From Octopus sinensis (lineage: Eukaryota), in NCBI RefSeq assembly GCF_006345805.1, contig NC_043007.1, forward strand, positions 51,460,001-51,524,000: a stretch of DNA of 64,000 bases, in the 5' to 3' direction. This document shows positions 24,995 through 37,690 of this stretch, piece by piece; positions within the stretch are counted from its first letter, which is position 1; every line of letters begins with the position of its first letter. The position numbers and the translations under genes are program-made. The notes under the pieces are model-generated. The model ran no database searches. It was given only the letters and a program-made list of their open reading frames with translations, and was not told the DNA's origin.

Positions 24995-25310
24995 CAAGAC
25001 CAGCATTCAGTACACAACGCTTAAGCAACTTTATGGACTTCTTAAATCACATACCTAAAAGTGTCTACCAGAAAACAGTTCTTGTTAGTTTGGATGTAAC
25101 TAGTCTATACATCAATATCCCACATGACATAGAAATTGAAGCTATAAATTACTGGTTAACAAAACACACGAATCATATCACGGAAAGATTCTCAAAAACC
25201 TTTATTTTAGAAGGATTAAAATTAATACTGGAAAATAATCACTTCTTCTTCGACAACTCACTGTAAACATCATTATTATTAAGATTAAAATAAAAATGAT
25301 CCCCTCAATA
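24995..25310 (+). mobile_element. Inverted second copy of the same truncated PLE RT segment + tail
   Basis: QRLSN..MDFLNHIPK..LVSLDVTSLYINIPHD..LKLILENNHFFFDNSL, then CTGTAAACAT..ATTATTAAGATTAAAATAAAAAT. Confidence 0.85.
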
Positions 25311-25810
25311 TGTGTGTATACACACACATACATACACACACATACATACACACACACACACACACATATATATACATATATACATTTATATATACACCGT
25401 CAGAGATACACACGTACTTGTGTGTGCATGTGTGTGTATGTGTGTTCGTGTGTCTGCATGTGTCTCTGTTTATGCGTGTTTGTGTGTCTATGCTTATCAG
25501 TGTGTGTAGAAGTGAAAAGTTTCGTTGAAGAGATTTTCCCCACGTGTGTATCATGAGTTGAAGACGGGGAGGATGACTCCCCTTCACAAATACTGAGAGG
25601 ACACAGATAGTGTGTCTATAGCCAGCTGGAGGAGATATTTTCCTGGGGCTACAAACTACAGTAGCATCCACCCTTAAGGGTTAGCCATATTCAAATGGCA
25701 AATAAACGTCACGATGTGTTACCGCTACTGTTTATAACTCGCTCTGAGATTTATCATTGTTATATATATATATATATAATATATATATATATATATAGAT
25801 GATATATATG

Positions 25811-25841
<31 letters not shown>

Positions 25842-25935
25842 TATATATAGATGTATACATATAGATGTATATATATAGATGTATATATATGGATGTATAT
25901 ATATAGATGTATATATATATAGATGTATATATATG

Positions 25936-25982
<47 letters not shown>

Positions 25983-25999
25983 ATATATATATATATAGA

Positions 26000-26398
26000 T
26001 ACTCTTTTACTTGTTTAAGTCATTTGACTGCGGCCATGCTGGAGCACCGCCTTTAATCGAGCAACTCGACACCGGGACTTATTCTTTGTAAGCCCAGTAC
26101 TTATTCTATCGGTCTCTTTTTGCGTGACGGGGACATAAACACACCAGCATCGGTTGTCAAGCAATGCTAGGGGGACAAACACAGACACACAAACATACAC
26201 GCACACATATATTTATATTTGTATACACATATATACGACGGGCTTCTTTCAGTTTCCGTCTACCAAATCCACTCACAAGGTCTTAATTGGCCCGAGGCTA
26301 TAGTAGAAGACACTTGCCCAAGGTGCCATGCAGTGGGACTGAGCCCAGAACCATGTGGTTGGTAAGCAAGCTACTTACCACACAGCCACTCCTGCGCC
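26000..26398 (-). mobile_element. Full-length tRNA-derived SINE (GGCGCAGGAGTGGCTGTGTGG family)
   Basis: A box TGGCTGTGTGG, B-box-like GGCTCAGTCC, GCACCTTGGGCAAGTGTCTTCTACTATAGCC, internal TA/CA microsatellite, AAAAGAGTA tail. Confidence 0.88.
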
Positions 26399-26399
26399 G

Positions 26400-26407
26400 A
26401 TGTATAT

Positions 26408-26456
<49 letters not shown>

Positions 26457-27091
26457 ATATATATATATATATATGTATATGTATAGCTGTATATGTATAC
26501 ATGTGCATGTATAGCTGTATATGTATACATGAATAGATGTATATGTATACATGTATGTGTAGGTGTATATATATATATATATATATAGGTGTACATGTAA
26601 TATGTACACACATATATATATATACACATATATGCATGCATACATATATACACTCATACACACATGCACACACATATACAGGTACAGGTGTCGCTGTGTG
26701 GTAACAAACTTGGTTCCAAAACACATGGTCCGCAGTTCAGTCTCACTGTGTGGTAACTTGGAATGTGTCTTCTGCTATAGTCTCAGACCAACCAAAGACT
26801 TGTCAGTGGATTTTGTAGACAGAAACTGAAAGAAATTAATTGTATATAAACCTATGTAGATATGTAAGTCCATGTGTGTGTCTTTCTGTTTCTCCCTCTT
26901 CACTGCTTCACAACTGGTGTTCCTTTATTTACATCCCCATAAGTTACCGGTTTCACAAGAAGAAACTAATAAAATAAGTACCAAGCTTATCAAAATAAAA
27001 AAGCACTAGGCAGTGTCTCATATTTTTGTTTGCCCACTCAGTTGCATCTCAATTTATCTTTGTGTGTGTGTGTGTATACATATATATATAT

Positions 27092-27159
<68 letters not shown>

Positions 27160-27283
27160 GGTTAAGTAATTGAGATTCTAGTGAATTCTAAAGAATTCAC
27201 ATGAATATGGTCCTTAACTAGGATGCACCGTCCTCGTACGAAACGATCGTACCGAGATTTTAATCCATTCTTGTTGCTTTTTT

Positions 27284-27342
<59 letters not shown>

Positions 27343-27517
27343 ATTTCGTAGAAAGGAACTGAAACAAAATCAATCGTATATATATGTAACCATTAACTGT
27401 GGACATCCATTTTGCTACAAGAAGATCCGCTATGATCTTAAATGCTACACCACTGGTTTTCAATTCATATTAATTAAATTAATATTCAATTTTTCACCCC
27501 TATTATAAATTTAAATT

Positions 27518-27576
<59 letters not shown>

Positions 27577-27664
27577 CTATATATGTATATATGTGTGTGT
27601 GTATGCATATATATACATGTAAATTTAAATTTATATATATATATATATAGAGATAGATAGATAA

Positions 27665-27695
<31 letters not shown>

Positions 27696-27737
27696 TATGT
27701 ATACATATTGATGTATATATATACATGTATATATACG

Positions 27738-27778
<41 letters not shown>

Positions 27779-28340
27779 TATATATATGTATATATATGGA
27801 TGTATATATATACATGTATATGTATACATGTATGTGTATAGCTGTATATGTATACATGTATGTGTAGATATATATATAGATATACATGTACACCCATACA
27901 TACACACACACATACACACACACACATACACACACATACATAGATGCAGGTGTGGTTGTGTGGTAACAAACTTGGTTCCAAAACACATGGTCCTGGGTTC
28001 AGTCCCACCGTGTGATAACTTAGCATGTGTCTTCTGCTATAGCCTCAGACCAACCAAAGCCTTGTCAGTGGATGTTGTAAACAGAAACTGAAAGAAATCA
28101 ATTGTATATATACCTATGTAGATATGTAAGTCAATGTGTGTGTCTTTCTGTTTCTCCCTCCTCACTGCTTCACAACTAGTGTTCGTTTTTTTACATCCCC
28201 ATAACTTACTGGTTTCACAAGAAGAAACTGATAGAATAAGTACCAGGCTTATCAAAATAAAAAAAGCACTAGGCAGTGTCTCATATTTTTGCTTGCCCAC
28301 TCAGCTGTATCTATCAATTTATCTTTGTATGTGTGTGTGT
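26400..28340 (+). repeat. Old tandem duplication (~1.26-kb period) containing a degenerate SINE
   Basis: GTAACAAACTTGGTTCC at 26701 and 27963; shared non-SINE flank GCACTAGGCAGTGTCTCATATTTTTG; roughly 90% identical by eye. Confidence 0.85.
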
Positions 28341-28349
28341 ATATATCTA

Positions 28350-28407
<58 letters not shown>

Positions 28408-28410
<3 letters not shown>

Positions 28411-29742
28411 CTATATATATATATAAAACACCGTAATGGGGGCCTTAACTCCCAAATTTTAGTCGTATCTTTTATGATCCAAAACTACGTCAAAAAAACT
28501 GAATGGATCTTTATGAAATTTGGAAATTATATTCTATGCATAAGGGCCATAACCCCCATGACAATTCATATATTTTTGCTGTGGTTAAAATTTTTACCAT
28601 ACATATTAGACAAAAATGAAGTAATATTTATAAAATTTCATCTTCTTACAAGTTAGAAAGACCCCTCCATAGGGACTTAACACCCACAATTTTGTCATTT
28701 TATCTAAGCAAACACGAATACAGTTGTGCTCTTGGAAGCTGTAGGGTTATCCTAGCATAAAAGATGAGCATTATTTGTAATTCAATGGTACAACAGTGTA
28801 ACAGTTTGCTTTGACATACACTTACTTTGTGATTTCTGCAATGTAGTGCATAAATTGTCAAGTAAATGAGGGGCATCTTTGACTCCACTGATTCAGTTGC
28901 AAGGTATTGAGTAAAGTTATTTGATTGCAGACCTCCTTTCAGTCTTTTTATTATCACTAGGTCACACGTAGTACCCAGATGGTAACATTGATGACAAGGC
29001 CTTCCCAGATGAGTGACTGGTTATTCAAAGATATTTATAGATTGTAACTTTATTCTGTCCAGTTACGTATCAGTATGGTGGTCATTTGCAAACTCCAGAG
29101 GTGACGCTTTAATTTCTCCTTAGCCCTCACGTTACAGTTGTTAATGTTTATTTCAGTTGGGTCACACCCTTCCAATTGCAATAGATTCGTAATGCATCTT
29201 ACGGCTGTGCCTGTCACCTGGATGGTGAGGAATCCAACATTGGGAGTGGTAACGACTAGGGTAGGGTAGCTGACTGCTTATTGTGATCATTCGTCGTTTG
29301 GTTTCCTTTAGCTTTGCTCTCTTTTACAAACCCAGTGAACATATATTTCCTATTGCAAAGAAATTTAAACAATAGATATAAGACCCAAATTAAAAAGATT
29401 CTCAACAATTCAACTTCTCTGGTTGACATTAAGATGCCCACCCCCAACAGGGGCCTTAACTCTCACATTTTAGAGCTCCATGACCTTCATTTTTCAGGAG
29501 CAAAATCTTTTTAACAGGTTCAATAAGACTGGAATTTCGGAATATGCGCATAAAAATCAGTAGCATGGGATACATGTGGTATGATTACAAGTTTTTTAGG
29601 GTGTGTAAAGAGGGAAATAACCCTCATTTGCAATTTTGATGAAATTCGAAACATAGATATTCCAGTTCATTACAGAAAATATAACAGAAAAGTCTAATTC
29701 TTCAATTACATGTAACACGGGCAACGCCGGGTATCTCTGCTA

Positions 29743-29743
<1 letters not shown>
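28408..29743 (+). mobile_element. Non-autonomous Helitron (~1.33 kb)
   Basis: 5' TCTATATATATATATAAAAC; ATGGATCTTTATGAAATTTGG motif; 3' hairpin ACACGG-GCAACG-CCGGGT then CTAG|T at 29740-29744. Confidence 0.78.
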
Positions 29744-29775
<32 letters not shown>

Positions 29776-29787
<12 letters not shown>

Positions 29788-30860
29788 ACAGGAAGCTTTA
29801 CGAAAATAAACAAAAGACGAAGGCAGGTGGAGTACAAACAAACAATTGTATTAGTATGGCGCTCAGGAATAGAAATAAAACAAGTCTTTTACGTTTCGAG
29901 CCTACGCTCTTCAACAGAAAGATACACAGAAAAGAAACACGGAAAGAAACAAGGAGAGAAAAAAATGCGTGCAGGAGCTAACGAATCAACATGGCGGTCT
30001 GATTTCGGCCAGAAGTCAGAGATCAGACGTTAAACGCAAGAGGGATAGTAGGGGAGATAACAGGGTTAAATAACCTCGCGACCCAACATAAGAATGCGTG
30101 TGTGTATGAGAGAGTATGTATGTGCGTATGAAAGGTCTGGACGTGTGTATGTATGTATGATGTGATGTGTAATGTCGTATGGTGTAGTGTAGTGTCGTAT
30201 GGTGTAGTGTAGTGTAGTGTGGTGGGAGGTGGGGAAAGCCCATGTGCAGTGTGGGTTCGGCTGGGGTCGGGGTAGAGTGGGGGTTGTGGGGAGAGTGGAA
30301 AGGGGAGAGAAGAGGGAGGGAGGAGTGGAGGAGGGAAGAGAGATGAGAGGGAGGGGAGAGAGGAGATGAGGGCGACAGGAGAGGATGAGGGAGGAGAGAT
30401 GAGATGAGGGTGTGAGGGGGAAGAAGGAAGGAGAGGAGAGGAGAGAGGGAAGGGAGGGGGGAGATGAGGAGAGGAGGAGAAGGGGAGTGAGGGAGTAGAG
30501 AGAAAGAGAGAAGGGGAAGAGGAAAGATGAAAGAGGAAAGAAGAGGAGGGAAAGAGAGTGGGGTGAAAAGATGAAGGATTGAAGAGAAGTAGGAGTAGGG
30601 GAGGTTAGATGAGAAGGGGGGGAGTTGAGACCAAATGACGTGAAAGAGCGAAGAGAGAAGATTAATTCCTGTTCACGGCGCAAACAGGAATCCGGATGGC
30701 CTCTATGCAAGGACAATCCGAACACAGACAGGTATTGCAAGGAGTGACGGGTGGAGCGGAAATGGCGTGAGACCGGTGTGTCGTTGGCAAGGCGGATGTC
30801 ACGGAGGTGTTCCGCGAACCGGTCAGCCAAGCGGCGTCCCGTTTGTCCGATGTACAGGGA
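29776..30860 (-). mobile_element. 5'-truncated Penelope-like element (GIY-YIG end + CT-rich tail + pLTR)
   Basis: LYIGQTGRRLADRFAEHLRDIR...HF....H...REQELIFSLRSFTSFGLN (~30620-30855), pyrimidine-rich 3' region, pLTR with hammerhead; (TA)n on both sides. Confidence 0.88.
29885..29922 (-). ncRNA. Minimal type I hammerhead ribozyme with CUGUUGA core
   Basis: UCUUU-CUGUUGA-A-GAGC GUAG GCUC-GAA-ACGU-A/AAAGA: 5-bp stem I, 4-bp stem II, loopless palindromic stem III, GUA site. Confidence 0.75.
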
Positions 30861-30904
<44 letters not shown>

Positions 30905-30922
30905 TCTTTTATTCTTTTTTTC

Positions 30923-31266
30923 TATTAGGTTGTCAAGGAAGTTCTTGCGGAATTTTTAATTTTGGTATGATGTATTTTCAAATTAATTTTCGTTATATTA
31001 CTTTGACTTTATATATCATTTTAAAGCCTTTTTTCGCTCTATCTAATCGTGTTACTCTTTTTCTTTTTGAATAATTAGGCCATTTTTCCGGAATGGTGAA
31101 AAGCAAATTCGAACAATTTTATTATTCCAGTTCAAGCTAGACCGAAAAGCTGCTAAAACAGCTCACGATATCAACGATGCGTTTGGTCCAGGAACCACTA
31201 ATGAACGTACAGTACAATGGTGGTTCGAGAAATTTCGTAGCGGTGACGAGAATCTTGAAGATGATA
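30923..31266 (+). mobile_element. Mariner transposon 5' fragment (Hsmar1-like, cecropia subfamily)
   Basis: TA + TTAGGTTG TIR start; EKQIRTILLFQFKLDRKAAKTAHDINDAFGPGTTNERTVQWWFEKFRSGDENLEDD; ATG at 31093 is one base out of frame; cut off by a SINE. Confidence 0.88.
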
Positions 31267-31267
31267 A

Positions 31268-31422
31268 GTTAGTCGAAAAATTGCTCCTAAGTCTTATTGT
31301 TTGTAAACTTGGTACTATTCTTTCGGTCTCTTTTACCGAACTGCTAAGTTACGGGGACATAAACACACCAACAGCGGTTGTGAAGTGATGTTGGGGACAA
31401 ACACAGATACACATGCACGCGC

Positions 31423-31455
<33 letters not shown>

Positions 31456-31461
31456 CACACA

Positions 31462-31524
<63 letters not shown>

Positions 31525-31620
31525 CGACGGGCTTCTTTCGGCTTCCGTCTATTAAATCCACTCATAAGTCTTTGGTCGGCCCGAGGCTATAGTAGAAGAC
31601 ATTTGACCAAGGTGCCACAT
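31268..31620 (-). mobile_element. tRNA-derived SINE, truncated (same family as 26000)
   Basis: GGTCGGCCCGAGGCTATAGTAGAAGAC and ACGGGGACATAAACACACC match the family. Confidence 0.8.
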
Positions 31621-31624
31621 ATGT

Positions 31625-31862
31625 TGTATATGTGTATGTGTCTTTGTATCTGTATTATTGCCCCCACTATCGCTTGACAGCCGATGTTGTTGTGTTTACA
31701 TCCCCGTAACTTTGCAGTTCCGTCAAGAAGCCAACAGAATAAGTACTAACATTACAACGAATAAGTCCTGGAGTCGATTTGTTTGACTAAAAAGCCCTTT
31801 AAGCCGGTGCTTCATCATGGCCACAGTCAAAAGACTGTATCAAGTAAATGAACGAAAGAATA
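31625..31862 (+). mobile_element. SINE 3' half (same family, opposite orientation)
   Basis: CGCTTGACAGCCGATG..TTTACATCCCCGTAAC..GAATAAGTAC..CATGGCCACAGTCAA. Confidence 0.7.
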
Positions 31863-32168
31863 TATATATGTATATATATATAGATATATATACATATATA
31901 TACAAATAAAAAACAGATTTCTGTCTATTTTCCCTCTCTTTCTCTTCCTTTCTCTCTTTCTCTCTCTTTTCCTCACTAAAAGAACACACACGCACACACA
32001 CACATCAAACGTTACATTTCTCTGTCAAAATACCAAAGTAAGAATAAAAGAACACACACACACACACAAGTATATATATTTGTTTCGGTTATTTAATACC
32101 GGAGTATCCTCTCTTTATGTCTTTTTCTCTCTCTCTCTCTTCCTTTCTCCCTTTCTTTTTCTCTCTTT

Positions 32169-32211
<43 letters not shown>

Positions 32212-32465
32212 CTTTCTATCTAAATATTATATCATTGCCAACATCAACACCGGTTGTCAAGTGGTGGTGGTGATTAAATGATTATTCCGGAGCATATTCA
32301 CCATCTACTTCAATTACTGCTTCTCATTTATTTGGTTGACGGTCAGACCGTCATTTAAAGATGTTTTTGTTAAATATTGTTATTGCTTTTGTTGAATAAA
32401 ATTTGTTGAAAAAAAAGCCGCATTAATTATGCACCAACCCATCTCTCACTCTCTCTCTCTGTATA

Positions 32466-32501
<36 letters not shown>

Positions 32502-32534
32502 TGTATGTATGTATGTATGTATGTATGTATACAC

Positions 32535-32690
32535 AGATTCTTTCAGTCTCCATCTACCAAATCCACTCACAAGGCATTAGTTGGGACAGAGGCTAACGTA
32601 GAAGACACTTGCCCAAGGTGGCACGCAGCGGGACTGAATCTATAACCATGTATTTAGGAAGCAAACTTTTTGCCACACCGCCTGTGCCTA
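32535..32690 (-). mobile_element. SINE 5' half (same family)
   Basis: CTACCAAATCCACTCACAAGG..AGAAGACACTTGCCCAAGGTG..GGGACTGAATC. Confidence 0.75.
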
Positions 32691-33088
32691 TAACGGTGAT
32701 TATATATCAGATCTGAAAAACCATGCATCACATCTGCCACTTGTACAACAAATTCAGTTTGCTAAATAGTTTTCTTGTATTTACCTAACAGCTTTTACAT
32801 ATTAACGTGTAGTTTATATGAGTGCGTGAGTGTGTGCGTGTGTATGTATTGTGTGCGTGTGTATGTATTGTGTGCGCGCGCGCGAACGCCCGCACGTAGA
32901 TAGATAGAGGTTGGGAGTGAGTGAAGAGGAGAGTAGAAAAAGAAACATACATGTATGCAAAATTACATTTATACACACAAACGCTCTCACGTGTGTGCGC
33001 GTGTGTATGTGTGTGTGTGTAGAGAGAGTGATACATGCATATATATATGTATTTGTCTATGTAGATAAACAGACAGACAGACCGAGAA

Positions 33089-33174
<86 letters not shown>

Positions 33175-33242
33175 GTTTATTTACATATACCAGCATGAAC
33201 TATATATGTATGTTCATACATACATACATGCATATATGTGTG

Positions 33243-33275
<33 letters not shown>

Positions 33276-35479
33276 TGGGAACATACAAGAGAGCAAGTGA
33301 GGAGATTGAGTAAGTATAATTGAGTGTGTGTGAGAGAGTATGTATGTGAGATAGAGTGTATCTTGGTGAGAGTGGGTACTTGAGTGTGAAAGAAAACGTG
33401 TGAGAAAGAGAAATTATGTTTGTGAGTGAATGGGACGGAGAGAGAAAATAGAGACATCGGGGTTGTACGTGTGAGGAAGAGGGAAAATCGGTGTGTGTGT
33501 GTATTTGTGAGTGTGTGTTTGTATGTGTGTTTTTGTGTGTGTGCTACAGACAATGCACGAGACAAAGCCGCAAAATACTTGTGGTGGAGAAAGGAGACGG
33601 GACGTAAAAGTTAAAACTGAGTAAAGAAGAGTTCGAGCCAGTTCCATTGGTGTATCATTCATTCATTGGTGCTTAATATTGGCAATGATATTAAACATTC
33701 CAGAAAAATCCAATAAGCTGATTCTCCTTTGACCAGACGGTGAGCCGAGGAAGCCCGGATGTCGCCATTCAGGTGCTCGTTCTTACAGGAAGTGCAATCG
33801 ACTGATATCGGATAAGGCACGAGGCAGATTGTATAGAATTTGGTTGGTGATAAATAGAGGTGCTTTTCTAGTCACTTGAAGCTGTCTCGTTTTGATGAAC
33901 AGACTGTAATGAAACTGCTTCGCCAACCATTGTGTGAGATGAACAGTTTACACATAATACTGAGAGCAGAACTACTCCAGCTTACACAAGCAATGACACA
34001 CACATACTCATACATACTTACACTCACAGATAAACATATACACTGGCATACACACACACGTATATATTTATTTATTTATTTACGTAAATATAGCCACGCT
34101 TTTTTTATGAAGTTGTATATCTATGTATATTTGTTATATGTATATTCATTATGCGTAACACTCGTTAGATACCTACGCACACACATGTATATATATGTGC
34201 ATACACGCTTGTATGGGTGGGTGTAATTATGCATGTGGATACAGATGTTTACGCTCAACTTACGGAACACATATAGTCATGCACTTCCACATTTCACACA
34301 CACGCACGCACACACAGAACACAGACACATACACACACGCACATATATATGCATGTGTGTGTGTATACATATACATACATATATAAACACACACACACAC
34401 ATATATATATATACATATCTACACACACGTACGCACACACAGACACACACACTTGAAAGCTAAAATATTGAAGACACGTTACAGATTTATATTTATCTGG
34501 AAGCATTTCATGATTCATTCGGAATTCCGCATCGCATGCGCTCGTTCTGAGAACTCTAAATAAACTGAGAGGAAGAGATGTATTGGCGAGATACCGATTA
34601 AATTCCACATTGGTTATGACTGATCACGTGTTGCATACCTATACATAATATTGCTGCTGTTAGAGATCATCCAATATCGACAAAACTGGATTATCTCTAA
34701 CCGGTGAACATTATAGTTATACGCCGCACTTGTTCGTTACCTTTCTTGACAGCTGTTTATTGCAACTGGATATATTCAATATTATGGGAACCGAGCAATG
34801 GCGATGCTGCTAGGAGAAGACCAACAAAAAGGGGAGATATCACAGACAACTTTAGGTTCATAATTCTTATCAGTATAGAGTAAAAGATATAGCAAAATTT
34901 TTTGCAGAGAATTTGGCGCTTGTCGTCAAAGTTTAACATAAACTGTGTGGCCTTAGGTAGGTCCATCCACGACAACCTCTACTTTACTCATACTAGATCG
35001 GAGAGCAGGTCAAAACTATATCTAGGTTCAATGCGATACTGCTCAGATTAGATTAACCATCGTCGCTACCATGTGATGGTCCTTAGTTTAGTTGATTTTA
35101 TGTCCCTATCATTTATAGCACCAATTGTTATGTTTTAATTAAACGGCCACCGTTTCGTATCACACGCTCGGTAGGCCAAGAATGCTCCCTCTTGTGTTTT
35201 TTTCTTTAAATTTCGGTGCTGGAACGTTTGCTGTGTAGGTTAGAGATGTTAAGAGACAACCCGCTCAAACTAGGACATAAGTGTACTGTGTCTGAAATCA
35301 CGAACATTGTCACTGTCATTATGTAGATCACATTGGAAATCGAGGTAGTTGATACCATAGTGAGTGAGTACCAGCGTAAGGGGAGTAGGAAATAAAAGAG
35401 ACAAGTTAGTGGAATTGTAACAAGCACTTGAAAAATAAGTCCATGAAGGATGGTGGTTTCTGCCACCGGACCGAAGAGG

Positions 35480-36300
35480 TTGGGGTCTAATTCAGACCAG
35501 ACATCCAAGAGAAAAGAGGTCACGAATGGGGTAGCCAGTGTCACTCAGAAATGAACTGAAAGAAAGTTCTTCCGGGATAGAAGAGTGAAAATAGCTAATA
35601 GCTTCTAAAACGCATGCTCGTTGACTTGTGAAAGGGATGAGTTCCCCTCGCCCATCTACTGCTTTAAGGAATCGTGGCCGATGATGCACAAACAAGCACC
35701 GAGGCTGATACATCTCCAGATATTCTTGAACAACGACGACTGTGAACCACTGTGATTGCCTCTCGTTCAATACACTTTGTCACGATGGTGTTCCTTCTAG
35801 ATTAAAAGCAGACTAAGGTTTCGCCATCGACGTCTGGAAAGTAACCAGGCGCTCACTTGACTCTGACAACTACATCACGTGAATAGGGGAAAAACCAGTT
35901 CTGACATTCTGAAAGAGATTGATGGAGGATATCAACGACGATGGCTTGAGAGCAATTATGGGTGCCCACGAGAAGAATGTGAGTAGTTTCTTGTGGAGGA
36001 CCTTCCTTGATCTTATAGTAATCTTGTAGTAAAATAGTTGGGGTGGGGTTGAAGATGCTAGCGACCGGAGCCTGTGAACAGGGAACAAAACACTCGCTCA
36101 GTATCTGCACATTCATATTTCTATCGAGCAGCGATTATCACGTCACAGTTATCCACTCATTCTGTCGTAAAGATTAGTGCTTTTTGTGAGAAAGGAAGTT
36201 GTGTGATGGTTGAAAGTCTGAGAACAAGGATTCTTTCCAAACAAGCCTTCACCAATACCTCCCTCTCTACTCTCACTTTCATGTACGATTTGAGGATAGT
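35480..36300 (-). mobile_element. Degraded LINE APE endonuclease (I/Jockey-type)
   Basis: VASIFNP...ILLVGTHN (similar to LLLGDFN) in ORF 35853-36116; IPFT...SDTGYPI (similar to SDHxPI) in ORF 35492-35770. Confidence 0.45.
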
Positions 36301-36479
36301 TAGAGTGAGGGAAGTATAGTAAATTGTATGGAAGGCGGATAAGAGTGGTTATGCTGTATAGGTAATTGTGTGGCTATAAACTAATTGTGTAGTTATAAAC
36401 TAATTGTGTGGCTATAAACTGCCGAAAAGACTAAACTTTTCATGTTCTTATTTTGATCTTTACCATTAATTCTATTCAT

Positions 36480-36650
36480 CGCGTTGAACGAAATGCTTAA
36501 CAGCATTTCTTACGGCTCTTTGAGTTCTAATTCTGCCGCGGTCAACTTTGTCATTCATCGTTTCGGATCGATAAAAATAAGGTACCTATCAAGTACTAGA
36601 GTCCATGTAATCCACTCTCCCCATCCCCTAAAATTACTGGTCTTGTACCA
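36480..36650 (+). mobile_element. Meta/MESC-like SINE, degraded, with (TTA)n tail
   Basis: GAGTTCTAATTCTGCCGCGGTCAACTTTGTCATTCATCGTTTCGGATCGATAAAATAAGGTACC. Confidence 0.65.
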
Positions 36651-36652
36651 AA

Positions 36653-36718
<66 letters not shown>

Positions 36719-36721
36719 TAC

Positions 36722-37272
36722 TTTAAATCTGCATGTTTATTTTGCCGAAAACACATCTAGCGTCCTAGGGCGAGTGAAAGCTTTCACTCGCCCTAGTGGC
36801 AGGGGCAGTAGTGAAATATCTTCATGTAGTACAACACAGACATTTAAATTGATAGGTTTTTTTCTAAGGATGTGGGCAATACTTGTCAGCAGAATCTTTT
36901 GGGTTTCTCTGAGACATGGTTCTCCTGGGATATTATCTAGATGTTTCTGACATTCCTTTCTTATACTAAGGGCACCTGCAATAACAAGGAGAGTTCTCGC
37001 TTTCAGATGCCACATCTTTTGTATTTCAAATTCCAGCTCCTTATATTTACTTAATTTGTCAAATTCCTTTACAGATATATTTTTATCACTTACATCTATT
37101 AGTCTACAAGGATTTACTCTGTCTTTAATAATTATGTCTGGTCGATTAGTCTGGATCGTTCTGTCGGTGTTGACTGGAAAATCCTAGAGGATAGTGACAT
37201 TTTTCAACGGCTGGCTCAGGAGTACTGATTTTGTAGTCTTTACATATTTTCCAATGTAAATATTATCCTACC
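36722..37272 (-). mobile_element. R4/Dong-clade LINE 3' fragment (restriction-like endonuclease)
   Basis: KEFDKLSKYKELEFEIQKMWHLK...AHILRK; (TTA)n on both sides. Confidence 0.82.
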
Positions 37273-37337
37273 CTATCGTGGCGATTTTTCTATTCGCATG
37301 TTGCTATTATTATTGTTGTTGTAATTGTTGTTGTTAC

Positions 37338-37409
<72 letters not shown>

Positions 37410-37410
37410 C

Positions 37411-37441
<31 letters not shown>

Positions 37442-37444
37442 TTG

Positions 37445-37690
37445 TCTTTGAACATCTGACGCTAGAGATGTGCTACGATACCAGCTGTTCACTACCAGTG
37501 AACGAAGGTAACACCCCTTATTTTTCGAGCACCATCCAGATTATTCGAGCGGTTCCAAGCAGTGCTGTTTTCTTTAAGTGCTCCACCTTTATTGCAGCCC
37601 CTAATTGTTCCATGTACTTTTCAAGATTTTTACTCACTGTTCCCAGGGTTCCAACAATTATTGGTACAACTACCACCTCTTTCATCGACT
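37445..37690 (-). mobile_element. R4/Dong-clade LINE extreme 3' fragment (different family)
   Basis: VVPIIVGTLGTVSKNLEKYMEQLG..KKTALLGTARII. Confidence 0.72.

Noticed and set aside
25560-25600. Hammerhead around the GGGGAG/CTCCCC stem, and a similar degenerate motif near 23985-24010
   Set aside because: Catalytic core boxes are not present
26330-26398. tRNA gene
   Set aside because: tRNA-derived SINE head with no complete cloverleaf, continuing into SINE body; same for other SINE heads
28730-29270. Pif1/Helitron helicase remnant (HSSGKALSSMLPSG, ARITL)
   Set aside because: Similarities are too weak and scattered across frames
30066-30620. Long Ser/Pro/Leu-rich extension of the 254-aa ORF
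   Set aside because: Read-through into the pyrimidine-rich PLE tail; only the first ~70 aa are GIY-YIG
32337-32353. Palindrome TGACGGTC-A-GACCGTCA
   Set aside because: 8-bp arms are expected a few times by chance in 64 kb
34638-34680. Hairpin TTAGAGATCATCCA...TGGATTATCTCTAA as a pre-miRNA
   Set aside because: Stem too short (~14 bp) and in a repeat-like context
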